DNA from: a virus
Direction: 5' to 3' (one strand)
IMG/VR virus record: IMGVR_UViG_3300043172_000590
Location: 13,827-77,826 of that record
DNA: 64,000 bases
Below, piece after piece: positions 1-9,577 of this stretch (positions within the stretch are counted from its first letter, which is position 1; the number at the start of each line of letters is the position of its first letter). The notes below the pieces were generated by a model. That model searched no databases and was not told the origin of the DNA. It was given only the letters and a program-made list of their open reading frames with translations. A program made the position numbers and the translations under genes.

Positions 1-308
1 TTTAAATAAATCATGAGAAAGACTTTTAAGGCGTGGACACGCAAACGTAAGAGCAATGATCAGTTTATCACAACTGAAATAAGCGCAAGCAGTAAGAAGA
101 GAGCAAAAAGCACAATCCTATCTCTTGGGCTTGAAGTGCAGCAAGGGACAGAGATATACATTTAACCTTTCCCTTAACGGTATTTAAAACAAACCAAGAT
201 GCAAATAGTAGTAACAGAATTTTTAAACGCCCTTCCATGGGTAGCAGTGATTTTTATTATAAGTGCAGTATTAACCTATATCCGTGGGCGTAAATAAAAC
301 AATAAAGA

Positions 309-596
309 ATGAAAAAGATATTAGAATATGCAGGAGATAACCCAGGCGCTATGTCCTTTATAATCGAACTTTTAGACCCGACCAATGGAGCCGCTGGCAT
401 TATCGTCTTTAGCAAGATTGATAAAATACACTCGCTCCGTGGAACCAATTTGTATGTGATGTGGTCCGACTTATGCAATAGGGAGATGGACAAAGTTGTC
501 AAACTTTGCCGCAAATGTCCCGATGAAATACTCGCAGACGCCTGTAATAGGCAGGATTATTCTGGACGTGAACTTGTAGCGGAATATTTAAAATAG
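309..596 (+). CDS. hypothetical phage protein (early region)
   Basis: 95-aa ORF in a dense co-directional run; GNPGA/LRGTNLY-type motif resembles conserved phage hypothetical proteins. Confidence 0.7.
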   Translation: MKKILEYAGDNPGAMSFIIELLDPTNGAAGIIVFSKIDKIHSLRGTNLYVMWSDLCNREMDKVVKLCRKCPDEILADACNRQDYSGRELVAEYLK

Positions 597-769
597 CAAC
601 TAACTGACATAGCGATGGAAAATAAATACACATTGCAAGAGTTGCAGAACAGAATTAACGGCATACTTAAGGATAAAAGCGGACTAAGCACACCCGAGGT
701 AGTTGAACCGCACTGCACCAAAGAAGGGTTTGCAATCAACGAAAGGGAGCTATGAAATAATCTATTATT

Positions 770-815
770 AAGCCGTGACTTATGCCATCCTAAGTGGAGA
801 GGTCACGGCTTTTAT
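770..815 (+). terminator. putative intrinsic terminator
   Basis: AAGCCGTGAC...GTCACGGCTT stem followed by a T-rich run. Confidence 0.6.
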
Positions 816-906
816 TATTTTATACAACGCTTTAAAGACTTGAAACATAAGTAACTACAATAATATTAATTCTTGGTTTTCTGTTAGTTGGTAATTTGGA
901 TTGGTT

Positions 907-955
907 AGCGGCGTACTGTGCCCATTGATTTGGTTGTGTGGTGCGCTGCTTTTCC
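907..955 (+). terminator. putative intrinsic terminator/hairpin
   Basis: GCGGCGTAC...GTGCGCTGC (with G-U pairs) followed by TTTT. Confidence 0.4.
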
Positions 956-1006
956 ATTAAAGATATTTCAAACAATTGGTGGTGAACTGAGGCAAATATA
1001 TATCCA

Positions 1007-1540
1007 ATGTTAACAATAACAATAAACCTCTATGAGTTCAAGGAGCTTAGCGAGGATATAAAACAAAAAGTACTAGGAAATCTACATGATATAAATGTTG
1101 ATTTTGACTGGTGGGGATCTATTTACGATGATGCAGAAAATGTGTTCATTGAAATAGAAGGTTTTGTGCTCGGGCGGGGAGAGAATATTGATATGAAATT
1201 TACAAGCACCCCACACGAGACAGCGGATAAAATAATATCAGAACATGGCGAAGTCTGCGAAACACGGAAGACTGCCGAAGCCTTCTTGAAGGGGAGAGAT
1301 TCTTTGGTTAAAAAATATTCCGATGGTATCGCTCTCGATAAAGTTTCAGAAGATAACGAAGCTGAATTTGACGAGGACTGTGATATATTGGAGGCTGAAT
1401 TCTTAAAAGACATAGGGAATGATTATCTCACCATGCTAAAAACCGAGAGCGTCTATTTAATGAGCGAAGAAGCGATAGTAGAAACCATTCTGTCAAATGG
1501 TTACACATTTGAAGAAAATGGTGTAATGCGTAATAAATAA
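1007..1540 (+). CDS. highly acidic early protein (possible DNA mimic/anti-restriction)
   Basis: 177 aa, ~23% Asp+Glu by hand count; located in the early region. Confidence 0.65.
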   Translation: MLTITINLYEFKELSEDIKQKVLGNLHDINVDFDWWGSIYDDAENVFIEIEGFVLGRGENIDMKFTSTPHETADKIISEHGEVCETRKTAEAFLKGRDSLVKKYSDGIALDKVSEDNEAEFDEDCDILEAEFLKDIGNDYLTMLKTESVYLMSEEAIVETILSNGYTFEENGVMRNK

Positions 1541-1544
1541 CTAT

Positions 1545-1784
1545 ATGAAACCAAGAGAATTAAACAGAGACGTTGCCCGCCTTGTAAAGAAATACAAGAA
1601 AGCGAGCACACCCGAACACTACGAGAAAGAACTTCCCGAAATAAAAGCGGAGTGGAAAAGGTTGTGGTATGCAGATAGAAAAGCGGAGTACTTTAATATC
1701 AAGTCTTTAAAGGCAATGGTAAGGCTCAATGTTATTATCCGTACAATACCGCTTTATCATATTGGATTAGATTTTGAACTTTAA
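1545..1784 (+). CDS. hypothetical protein
   Basis: 79-aa ORF closely coupled to the upstream gene. Confidence 0.65.
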   Translation: MKPRELNRDVARLVKKYKKASTPEHYEKELPEIKAEWKRLWYADRKAEYFNIKSLKAMVRLNVIIRTIPLYHIGLDFEL

Positions 1785-1796
1785 TATCTTTACCTC

Positions 1797-1982
1797 ATGC
1801 CACAAGAGATAACCAAAGCCGAATGTATTGGATGGCTATGCAATCAGGAGAGCCATATTAAAACTTTCGTAGAAACATGTAGTGTTGTTTCATCGAGATT
1901 CCCATCAACCAAAGATCAAATGCCCAAGGCAGCAAAAGAGTTAAGGGTAATCAGAAAGATACTACAGCTAATAAGCGACTAA
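1797..1982 (+). CDS. hypothetical protein
   Basis: 61-aa ORF in the operon. Confidence 0.55.
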   Translation: MPQEITKAECIGWLCNQESHIKTFVETCSVVSSRFPSTKDQMPKAAKELRVIRKILQLISD

Positions 1983-2001
1983 TAACTTAAGTCATAGAAT
2001 A

Positions 2002-2235
2002 ATGAAAACAAATACACACGCAGTTTACCACGAATATAAAAAGAGGGTGACTTCCCTCGCTGACAATCTAACAACAAGCGATCTGGCTTGGAGAAGACAA
2101 GCATTGAACGATCATCTCGATGCGCTATGTCGGGAATTAACCCACGAGGTTGATACTGGGAATATGAGTGCGGCAAGGGGCAGCCGGTACAAGAACCGGC
2201 TAACCAGCTATACGATTGAAAGACATTCGAAGTGA
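2002..2235 (+). CDS. hypothetical protein
   Basis: 77-aa ORF in the operon. Confidence 0.6.
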   Translation: MKTNTHAVYHEYKKRVTSLADNLTTSDLAWRRQALNDHLDALCRELTHEVDTGNMSAARGSRYKNRLTSYTIERHSK

Positions 2236-2387
2236 ACCATATAATATAAACATTGATAGTGAACGGCTGATAGATATATCGGTCGTGAAAGCGTTCTTAC
2301 CCCGGCGGTCCTGTATTAAATGTTCTTTTTGGATAGAGCAAATGCAAATGTGAATAACTTGTTTAAATCTTTTGGGACGGTTGGGAG

Positions 2388-2424
2388 AATCCCTGGGCAT
2401 TGGTTTGTCCGGGGATTTACTTTA
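2388..2424 (+). terminator. putative hairpin/terminator
   Basis: AATCCCTGGGCA...TGTCCGGGGATT stem followed by T-rich sequence. Confidence 0.45.
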
Positions 2425-2450
2425 ATACAAATCATTAACAATTAGAAACG

Positions 2451-2687
2451 ATGGTACATTTAATATACAAAACAGACGTGCATCATAGTTATGCATCGAG
2501 AGCTTTAATAGGCGTAGCCATGGAGGCATTTACCGCACTAGGGATTATTTTAGAGCAGGCACAAAAAGAAGGAGAAGATTTGTCTGACGAAGATGCAGCC
2601 AACCTAATCAATATCAAGCAAACCCAAGGCTACAAAGGAGAAGGAGAATTTCAATACGAAGAAGTAGAAACAGATATTTTACTATAG
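2451..2687 (+). CDS. hypothetical protein
   Basis: 78-aa ORF with an A-rich Bacteroidota-style start context. Confidence 0.65.
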   Translation: MVHLIYKTDVHHSYASRALIGVAMEAFTALGIILEQAQKEGEDLSDEDAANLINIKQTQGYKGEGEFQYEEVETDILL

Positions 2688-2727
2688 TGTAATCCATTTA
2701 CAAACAATCATAAGAAAACCTATTATT

Positions 2728-4518
2728 ATGAAAAGAGAATTGACAGAAGCAGCCAAGGCAGCCAAGGCAATAAGAACTGAGTTAAAAGAGGAATTTCCGG
2801 GAGTTAAATTCTCGGTTAAGTCGTCCAATTTTTCAATGGGAGACAGCGTCCACATATCCTATGTTGATGGACCGTTAACAAAAGATGTAGTAATCATCAC
2901 AGGTAAGTATCAGCAGGGACATTTCGACGGAATGACAGATATGTATGAGTATTCCAACAGCAGAGACGACATACCTCAAAGCAAATACGTACAAGTTGGT
3001 CGCACCATGTCAGCAGAGACGAGGGATGCGATATGGAAACATCTACAGGAGACGTTGACCGGATGCGAGGGCAAGGATATTGAGTCTCTTATTCCTGAAT
3101 GGAACCAGTACGGATCACATTTAACCTACCGTGTATTTTCAGAGACTAACTACTATACTGAGCCTGAAAAGAAAGAGTTATCCGCATCTACCGTGGAAGG
3201 ATTAGATTTTGAAATGGAAAAAACAGTGCACACTAAGAAGGGGCACGACGTCTGGGTAGCTAAATCATCTACCCGTGTCGGCAAAGATGAGTTCAGGGAC
3301 TTGCTGGACTGCGCTAAGATGCTGGGAGGGTACTACTCTTCGTACAGTAGAGACGGAGCAGTGCCAGGTTTTCAGTTTAAATCAGATGAGGCATGCAGGG
3401 AGTTTGTAGCTAAATGTAGTAGCGAGACAAAAGAGCCGGTCGATAACACTATTGAGACATCAACAGTAACATCGAAGACGACAACAAAGAAGTCCGATGT
3501 AAAAAATGAGGTAATGGCTGCTAAGTGGCAGAAGCTTTCTGATTCATACAGAAACGAGAGCGACAAGCTGTATGACAGGTTGAAGAATGCGCAGACCAAT
3601 ACACCTAAGCGGAACAGGGAATATAATTCCAAGAAAATTGATGCTGATATATTGAGTGATGTATCTATTCTTGCTCATGGTATTGCATTAGGATACGAGG
3701 ATGGGACTTTAGCCGAAGAGTTAAAAGTATTGCAGCCAATTAAAAATAAAAGACAACTAATGATGTTTGTCCCGGGCCATGCTAATACCGGTGGATACTA
3801 CGACGCCTTTAGAGACACCGTTCCGAATTACAAAAGGAATGGCAATATCACTGCTGGATTAAATGATGTGGGTATTGAGACTGAGGCGCAAGCGGATAAG
3901 ATACTGGAATTATTGAGCGCATTGGATAATACAAGCTCAGCGGAAAAAGAGAAGAGAAAAAACGAGGACAGGATTAAGCAGTTGGAGGATAATTTTAAGT
4001 TTCAGAAAATCAAAGGATTCTTCCCTACCCCTCTCGATATGGGGCGTGAAATGCTGAGCAGATTGGGAATAACAAACGGGCAAACTATATCTGATCCATC
4101 TGCAGGGCTTGGGCATTTAGCTGCGATTGTCAAGGAAGAATATCCAGACAACACACTGAAAACATTTGAGATAAGACCCGCTCTCTCGGAAATCCTAACA
4201 CTCAAAGGATTCGATAATACGTGCGCCGACTTTCTTGAGTGCGATGAGAAATTTGATAGGTTTATTATGAACCCCCCATTTGAAAACTCACAGGATATTG
4301 ACCACGTTCGTCATGCGTACTCGTTATTAAACGATGGCGGCAGGATTGTATCTATCATGGGGTCTGGCACATTTCACAACTCTTCCAAAAAACATAAGGA
4401 GTTTCAAGCGTGGATTGACGAGATTGGCGCCGAGTATGAAACAAATCCCGAGGGCTCATTCAAGGGAGCATTTAAAAGTACAATGGTTGGCTCCTGTATA
4501 GTTGTAATTGATAAATAA
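2728..4518 (+). CDS. polyvalent protein: N-terminal LPD29-like domain plus C-terminal N6-adenine DNA methyltransferase
   Basis: N-term AKAIRTELKEEFPGVKFSV...GHFDGMTDMYEY; C-term FFPTP, DPSAGLG (motif I) and IMNPPF (motif IV). Confidence 0.85.
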   Translation: MKRELTEAAKAAKAIRTELKEEFPGVKFSVKSSNFSMGDSVHISYVDGPLTKDVVIITGKYQQGHFDGMTDMYEYSNSRDDIPQSKYVQVGRTMSAETRDAIWKHLQETLTGCEGKDIESLIPEWNQYGSHLTYRVFSETNYYTEPEKKELSASTVEGLDFEMEKTVHTKKGHDVWVAKSSTRVGKDEFRDLLDCAKMLGGYYSSYSRDGAVPGFQFKSDEACREFVAKCSSETKEPVDNTIETSTVTSKTTTKKSDVKNEVMAAKWQKLSDSYRNESDKLYDRLKNAQTNTPKRNREYNSKKIDADILSDVSILAHGIALGYEDGTLAEELKVLQPIKNKRQLMMFVPGHANTGGYYDAFRDTVPNYKRNGNITAGLNDVGIETEAQADKILELLSALDNTSSAEKEKRKNEDRIKQLEDNFKFQKIKGFFPTPLDMGREMLSRLGITNGQTISDPSAGLGHLAAIVKEEYPDNTLKTFEIRPALSEILTLKGFDNTCADFLECDEKFDRFIMNPPFENSQDIDHVRHAYSLLNDGGRIVSIMGSGTFHNSSKKHKEFQAWIDEIGAEYETNPEGSFKGAFKSTMVGSCIVVIDK

Positions 4519-4525
4519 TAGGCAT

Positions 4526-4903
4526 ATGAACTACAGAAAAGAATTAGAAGACTTAGAGAAAAAGATATCTAACAGGTTCAATGATTTGACCGACAGATAC
4601 GACTCCCATAATTTCCTATCGCCTCTATTTGAAGTGCATACAATACTTACCGATGAGGAGATGATAGAGGCACTGGAAGAAAAGAACGAACTCGACTCCC
4701 TTCCTCGAATAGAGGTATATACTACCTACGGTGATGTATTTGACATCTTCGTTACCTCTGTTATTGGGAAGGACATTTATGGAGTGGATGTGGAAGAAAC
4801 GGACTCCGACAAGACTGCAAGATTTACTAACATCACATCCACATTATCCCGCATAAATCTGATTGAATCCATGATTAAATTAAAAGGTATTAAAAATGAG
4901 TAG
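4526..4903 (+). CDS. acidic hypothetical protein
   Basis: ORF following the MTase; ATG at 4526 preferred over the TTG start at 4508. Confidence 0.6.
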   Translation: MNYRKELEDLEKKISNRFNDLTDRYDSHNFLSPLFEVHTILTDEEMIEALEEKNELDSLPRIEVYTTYGDVFDIFVTSVIGKDIYGVDVEETDSDKTARFTNITSTLSRINLIESMIKLKGIKNE

Positions 4904-5108
4904 GCCAATAATACTAATAGAGATTAAAGCCGGATGTTTAATAGCAACATCGGCGACCGAAGACATGGATATCCTGCTACTTGACCATGACTCCTTAGAG
5001 AAAGGACAGATAACATGCAAGGATATGCTTAAGCCTGACCAAGTAGTGTCGAGGAATGTAATTGTACTCACAGCTATGAAAAGGATGGCTGAGAATGATA
5101 ATAGTTAA
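4896..5108 (+). CDS. hypothetical protein
   Basis: 70-aa ORF overlapping the upstream stop. Confidence 0.6.
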   Translation: MSRPIILIEIKAGCLIATSATEDMDILLLDHDSLEKGQITCKDMLKPDQVVSRNVIVLTAMKRMAENDNS

Positions 5109-5112
5109 TTAG

Positions 5113-5517
5113 TTGATAGTGAACAAGGAGGAACATATGAAAGCAATTGATAAAATGACAGACCATGAAGTCTGGTTGGATTGGGTCAATAATTTTGTGA
5201 CAGTAGAGGCCATGGCGGAATATTACTCCGTAGGTGCCATAGAGATACACAACAAGCTAACCTTAGGGCGTAATGAGCACGATAGGTTAGCGAAAATAGA
5301 GAAAGCAAAGAAAACCCTCTCAGATGTCGGTTTCCATACCGATAACCTCTGGCATATTGATGATGTCAAGTCAAAGTTTAAATGCACAGGCAAACAGGCC
5401 ATGAGTATTCTCAGCGAGGCATTGGCTAATGATGCGACCATGCAGCAGATATGGTACGCTATTGGGTTTCATGCGGAAGAGGAGGGGCTGTGTGAGGTGG
5501 AAGAGGAGCCAGTTTGA
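5113..5517 (+). CDS. hypothetical protein
   Basis: 134 aa; WLDWVNNFVTVEAMAEYY and LWHIDDV segments resemble phage early proteins; true start may be ATG 5137. Confidence 0.65.
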   Translation: MIVNKEEHMKAIDKMTDHEVWLDWVNNFVTVEAMAEYYSVGAIEIHNKLTLGRNEHDRLAKIEKAKKTLSDVGFHTDNLWHIDDVKSKFKCTGKQAMSILSEALANDATMQQIWYAIGFHAEEEGLCEVEEEPV

Positions 5518-5558
5518 AAATTATATATCTTAACATTTTTACATAAAATTGATTTAAA

Positions 5559-5798
5559 ATGAAAACATTAAAATTATTACAACGCAATTTACTATGCATA
5601 TTGCTATGCGTTATCCTGTGTGCCGGATGCAAGACCGAAGAAACTAAACCAAAACCGTTTGAATTACCACGTAATGATATTATGGTTATTTTTGAAAACG
5701 GGTACAAAAAAGGTGCACTACATGTGCTAGAAGAGGGTTGCTACAAGCCTGAAAGATGGGAAAAAGATTCTGTTTCAGTGGTTGTGTTTTGGCAATAA
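5559..5798 (+). CDS. putative lipoprotein
   Basis: basic N-terminus, hydrophobic stretch and lipobox-like LCAG|C. Confidence 0.55.
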   Translation: MKTLKLLQRNLLCILLCVILCAGCKTEETKPKPFELPRNDIMVIFENGYKKGALHVLEEGCYKPERWEKDSVSVVVFWQ

Positions 5799-5827
5799 TA
5801 CATAACGTAATTAATAAACGCAGTTTT

Positions 5828-6013
5828 ATGAAGAATTTAATAGAAGAAATACAGTACCAATTTGAAATGCTAAAACGATGGATGCGAGAACAAAAATTGC
5901 GTTTATTTGGTGTTAGCAGGTCGTTTTATTGCCAATCAGATATTGAAGGCAATAGAAAATGTAAAAACCAATGCGACCACTGCAAAGAATATTACAAACC
6001 ATTAGAGCAATAA
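5828..6013 (+). CDS. small Cys-rich hypothetical protein
   Basis: C-terminal C-x8-CxxxCxxC; start taken at ATG 5828. Confidence 0.5.
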   Translation: MKNLIEEIQYQFEMLKRWMREQKLRLFGVSRSFYCQSDIEGNRKCKNQCDHCKEYYKPLEQ

Positions 6014-6135
6014 TATGACTGCTAACTAGCAAATAGACACACCCATGAAATTAGACAAAGATAAAGTAGAGATAATACTCGGTTCTGTAGTATTGGCAAT
6101 AGGATTGTTTTTAGTTGGCATATTACTGAACCTAT

Positions 6136-6690
6136 TTGGAGGAAATTAAAATTATGGAATTACTGCCAGGAATAACATTCACAGGAAAACACTTCACCGG
6201 AAGAGTGGAGGTGCTTGCAATTAATGAAGAGCATAACGTATTGTGGGTTAGGTGTACTAGCCGAATCAATGGCCATTGCTCTCAATTTACAGAGCATTGG
6301 GATCTGCAGCATGTAAGATGGGGTATTGAACAGGGAGAATATACCTACGCTCAATTCCCAAATTATCCGTCAGCCCATTTTTCTGGATTTACTGAGAAGG
6401 AGAAATTTATAGATGAGTGTGAAAAACTTGACAATCAATTGTATCATAAGCTCAGAGAGGCAGGGATTGAAAAGGCGAAAACTCCCGACCACGATAATGT
6501 TCCAGATGCTTCTGGCAATCCTATATTTATCCGTCCCACAATGGATGATTTTAAGGATATGTATGGCAGGTCGAAGCAACTAACCCACGGACACTACGAT
6601 ACTATAAGGACGAGCGTAAAGATAGAGCGGAACAAGCCGTGTCCTTGTGGCTCTAAGAAGAAATATAAAAAGTGTTGTTTAAATAAATAA
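6136..6690 (+). CDS. SEC-C (SecA zinc-binding) motif protein
   Basis: C-terminal KIERNKPCPCGSKKKYKKCC; true start may be ATG 6154. Confidence 0.8.
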   Translation: MEEIKIMELLPGITFTGKHFTGRVEVLAINEEHNVLWVRCTSRINGHCSQFTEHWDLQHVRWGIEQGEYTYAQFPNYPSAHFSGFTEKEKFIDECEKLDNQLYHKLREAGIEKAKTPDHDNVPDASGNPIFIRPTMDDFKDMYGRSKQLTHGHYDTIRTSVKIERNKPCPCGSKKKYKKCCLNK

Positions 6691-6698
6691 TCGGACAT

Positions 6699-7025
6699 AT
6701 GTTATACATCTTAAAGAACCACAGGACTTCGATTGAAGGTGAATGGAAGTATTTCATCTTTGATAGTGAATGGCAAACAAGGAGCGAATTTACCGCTATG
6801 CCTGAAATGGCTAAGGAGAAAGCCCGTATGTTTCAAATGAAGGCAATAAGTCCGCTATACGCTAAGCAGTACTTTGAATTTAAGGCTGTAGCACTAGAGG
6901 ATTTTATGTCGAATATAAAGGCCTATCGAGTGAGTCGATTTAATCTCTTGCTGGGTAAGGTCTTGGCAGTAATATTGATAATTATAATTGCATGCTTCGC
7001 TCTGGGGCTGCATAATAAAATTTAA
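6699..7025 (+). CDS. hypothetical membrane protein
   Basis: C-terminal transmembrane helix. Confidence 0.6.
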   Translation: MLYILKNHRTSIEGEWKYFIFDSEWQTRSEFTAMPEMAKEKARMFQMKAISPLYAKQYFEFKAVALEDFMSNIKAYRVSRFNLLLGKVLAVILIIIIACFALGLHNKI

Positions 7026-7026
7026 T

Positions 7027-7377
7027 ATGAACAATCTAAACAGCAAACAAATAAATGGAATAGTCGAGTGGCTTGAATCATGGAGCGTCATAAAGGGCAC
7101 TATTATTCCGTCCCAGTTCAGGGAAGTGGCTGAGAAAAAAGGACACATACTGACCGGGGCCCTGGCAAAAGAAGCCTTTGCCAATTATGTGTCCGGTAGA
7201 ATAAAACCAGTCACCCCAAGCATGGGAGGATACTGGTTTGATTATGACAAGAACATATTTATTGCATATAGTTTCTCTTCTTTCGAGCTGTTTCAAGAAG
7301 AGTTTGGTAATCCGGTAGAAGCTCATAAATACGCTAAAGGCGAAGAGGCGACTCTTCCTAGTGGAGATAAGATTTAA
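7027..7377 (+). CDS. hypothetical protein
   Basis: ORF in the operon; likely start MNNLNSKQ at 7027. Confidence 0.6.
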   Translation: MNNLNSKQINGIVEWLESWSVIKGTIIPSQFREVAEKKGHILTGALAKEAFANYVSGRIKPVTPSMGGYWFDYDKNIFIAYSFSSFELFQEEFGNPVEAHKYAKGEEATLPSGDKI

Positions 7378-7400
7378 TTATTTACTAATATATAATACAG

Positions 7401-7652
7401 ATGTTTAAAAATAAAGGGCAAATAGTAGAGATTGTAAATAGGGCGGTCCCCTACTCTGGACAGATATGTAACTGGCAACTCGATAGAGGCGATGGTTCTG
7501 TCAAGTTTGATTGGAGAGGCGCCACTTATCGGGTTGAGATCGATGGTTCGGTACGAGAAATAGGGGGCAACCTTGAAAAGAGTGGTTCTGAGTCTATGCT
7601 CATGGAGGCTCTTCTTGGGGCTGTGTTTACATTGAGCTGTAAAGAGGATTAA
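7401..7652 (+). CDS. hypothetical protein
   Basis: 83-aa ORF in the operon. Confidence 0.6.
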   Translation: MFKNKGQIVEIVNRAVPYSGQICNWQLDRGDGSVKFDWRGATYRVEIDGSVREIGGNLEKSGSESMLMEALLGAVFTLSCKED

Positions 7653-7676
7653 ATTGTTTACTAATATTATTTACAA

Positions 7677-7949
7677 ATGAAAAGAGCTGTCTATAAATAT
7701 CCGCTAATGCGTACCACACAAGAAATCACTATGCCTAAGGGCTCAGTGATACTTAGCGTTCAAGCACAGAATGACGAACCTCAAATATGGGCGCTCGTGC
7801 CTGTTGACGAGGAGGAGACGCAGGCGCGCAGAATATTTATCTTAAATACCGGAGAACCGATAGATGTTATCACAGAGTGCGTCTTTTTGGGCACGTTTCA
7901 GTTAAGGAATGGAGCTTATGTGGGACATGTTTTTGAGATGATAACATAG
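7677..7949 (+). CDS. conserved phage protein (KYPL...MP.G..ILSVQ.Q...WALV...HVFE family)
   Basis: motif pattern recurrent in phage hypothetical proteins. Confidence 0.7.
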   Translation: MKRAVYKYPLMRTTQEITMPKGSVILSVQAQNDEPQIWALVPVDEEETQARRIFILNTGEPIDVITECVFLGTFQLRNGAYVGHVFEMIT

Positions 7950-7966
7950 AAATTCATAGGTGTAAT

Positions 7967-7996
7967 TTTGTTTTTCTGATTTTTGTGGTACTTTTG
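7967..7996 (+). promoter_or_regulatory. Bacteroidota primary-sigma promoter (-33/-7)
   Basis: TTTG-N18-TACTTTTG in an intergenic region. Confidence 0.7.
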
Positions 7997-8418
7997 AGGT
8001 GTTAATCACAGGTGGATTAGAATACGCCTCAAAGAGAATACGTCATGAAAATCGAGAATAATTTACATTCTATAATAAATCCGACCTTTGGCTTGACGTA
8101 TGCTAATTCTAAGGGGTCGGATTTTTCTTTTTCTTTCTACGATACGTAAGGCTACACACGAAAGGTAGATAGAACAAACTACTCAAAATATAGTTTCACA
8201 CCGAAAAAAGGCAGCGCTTATTGCGCGCGTTTTGCTGTTTAAATTGTAGTATGATTTCTGGGTACTTATTTTCTGCTACGAGCCTCAACCGATTCCTCGA
8301 TTGTTTATACGGATGATATGGTACAGATAACTACTCTTCTTTCTGGGAGGGGGAGGGGTACTTATCTTTTTTACCTTCCCTTCAAACCTCTTCATGTTTA
8401 CCGGATAACACGCATACA
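7997..8418 (+). ncRNA. structured ~420-nt leader with a 34-codon uORF (8045-8149) and terminator-like hairpin (8077-8124)
   Basis: no long ORF; AAATCCGACCTTT/AAGGGGTCGGATTT hairpin plus U-tract; further stems up to ~8390. Confidence 0.55.
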
Positions 8419-8850
8419 ATGAAAAAGAAAGGCAAACATCAAGTATCAAAAGAGCTGAAACAACGAAAAGCAAATAGAACTAAGGCACGTAAATACTCAG
8501 GACAATTAAAAAGACGAATCACAAGAGCTGAAAGAATGGTTAAGAGCATCTTGGATGAAGATGGAATAATCTACACTTTTCAGAAACCATTCTACTCACA
8601 TAATTGTTGTTATATTGTCGATTTCTACTTTGAAAATAAACTAGGAAGGAAATACATAATTGAGCTAGACGGCAAGACTCATAATCGACACACTAAAGCA
8701 TATGATAAGAATCGATCATTTTTCTTATATCACAAAAAGGAATGTGCTGTCATTAGGTTTAGAAACGAGGATGTATTCAATGATATCGACAAGATTATAG
8801 ATAAAATTTATAGCTTACACCCCCAATGTATTGATGATATTTTTATGTGA
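8419..8850 (+). CDS. DUF559/Vsr-like PD-(D/E)xK endonuclease
   Basis: T.AE, YIVDFY, IIELDG.TH, YD..R, VIRF.NEDV motifs. Confidence 0.85.
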   Translation: MKKKGKHQVSKELKQRKANRTKARKYSGQLKRRITRAERMVKSILDEDGIIYTFQKPFYSHNCCYIVDFYFENKLGRKYIIELDGKTHNRHTKAYDKNRSFFLYHKKECAVIRFRNEDVFNDIDKIIDKIYSLHPQCIDDIFM

Positions 8851-8922
8851 AAAGGGCGCGTTCTGTACTGAAAAATGATTACCAGATAATTAAAAGTACT
8901 TACATATACACAGTTTAAACTT

Positions 8923-9249
8923 ATGGAATATTTATTAGGAGCCTTTGGGCTAGGCGTATTTTTGATGATAGCCTACCAGTGCACTGGATTCACCAAGCAG
9001 ATACACGTCAAGACCACAGATGAAGCTAGGTCTTTGATTAGAAAAAAGTACGGTGCTGACTGTAATGGATTTACTTCTTGCGGACAGGGATTTTATATAA
9101 AAGGATCTGACGATGTGTATTATTGTTTTTTAGACAGTGCGGGCTCCGATAAGAAGTATGGATTGTATTTTTTATATTATAAAACTCATTCAGACGCTAA
9201 AGCATATGATGTGTGCGATATAGGAATGGCACTTACTGGTCCCTTTTAA
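8923..9249 (+). CDS. hypothetical protein with N-terminal hydrophobic segment
   Basis: 108-aa ORF. Confidence 0.55.
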   Translation: MEYLLGAFGLGVFLMIAYQCTGFTKQIHVKTTDEARSLIRKKYGADCNGFTSCGQGFYIKGSDDVYYCFLDSAGSDKKYGLYFLYYKTHSDAKAYDVCDIGMALTGPF

Positions 9250-9334
9250 CACCCCCGCAAGATGATACAAATAGGAATAGAAGAAGCTAAGCTGATTATT
9301 AAAATATAGCACACACTACCTAAATCAAAAGAGT

Positions 9335-9562
9335 ATGTTGGAATTTTTTACAGATGAGATAATAGATCTCACCTCTGACAACACAGCGGGAACGCTGCTT
9401 GACCGGGAGGCAATAGAATTGATTGTGAATATCATTATCGAAAAGCAGATTGTAAATAAGCCATACATAGATGTGCTTATAGCCAAGAACGAGAGCAATG
9501 GCGGCTATATGGCAAAGGCTAACGATTTCATTGATGTATTAGATCCTTATATTAACGGATAA
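9335..9562 (+). CDS. hypothetical protein
   Basis: 75-aa ORF. Confidence 0.5.
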   Translation: MLEFFTDEIIDLTSDNTAGTLLDREAIELIVNIIIEKQIVNKPYIDVLIAKNESNGGYMAKANDFIDVLDPYING

Positions 9563-9577
9563 TTAAATATATGCATT

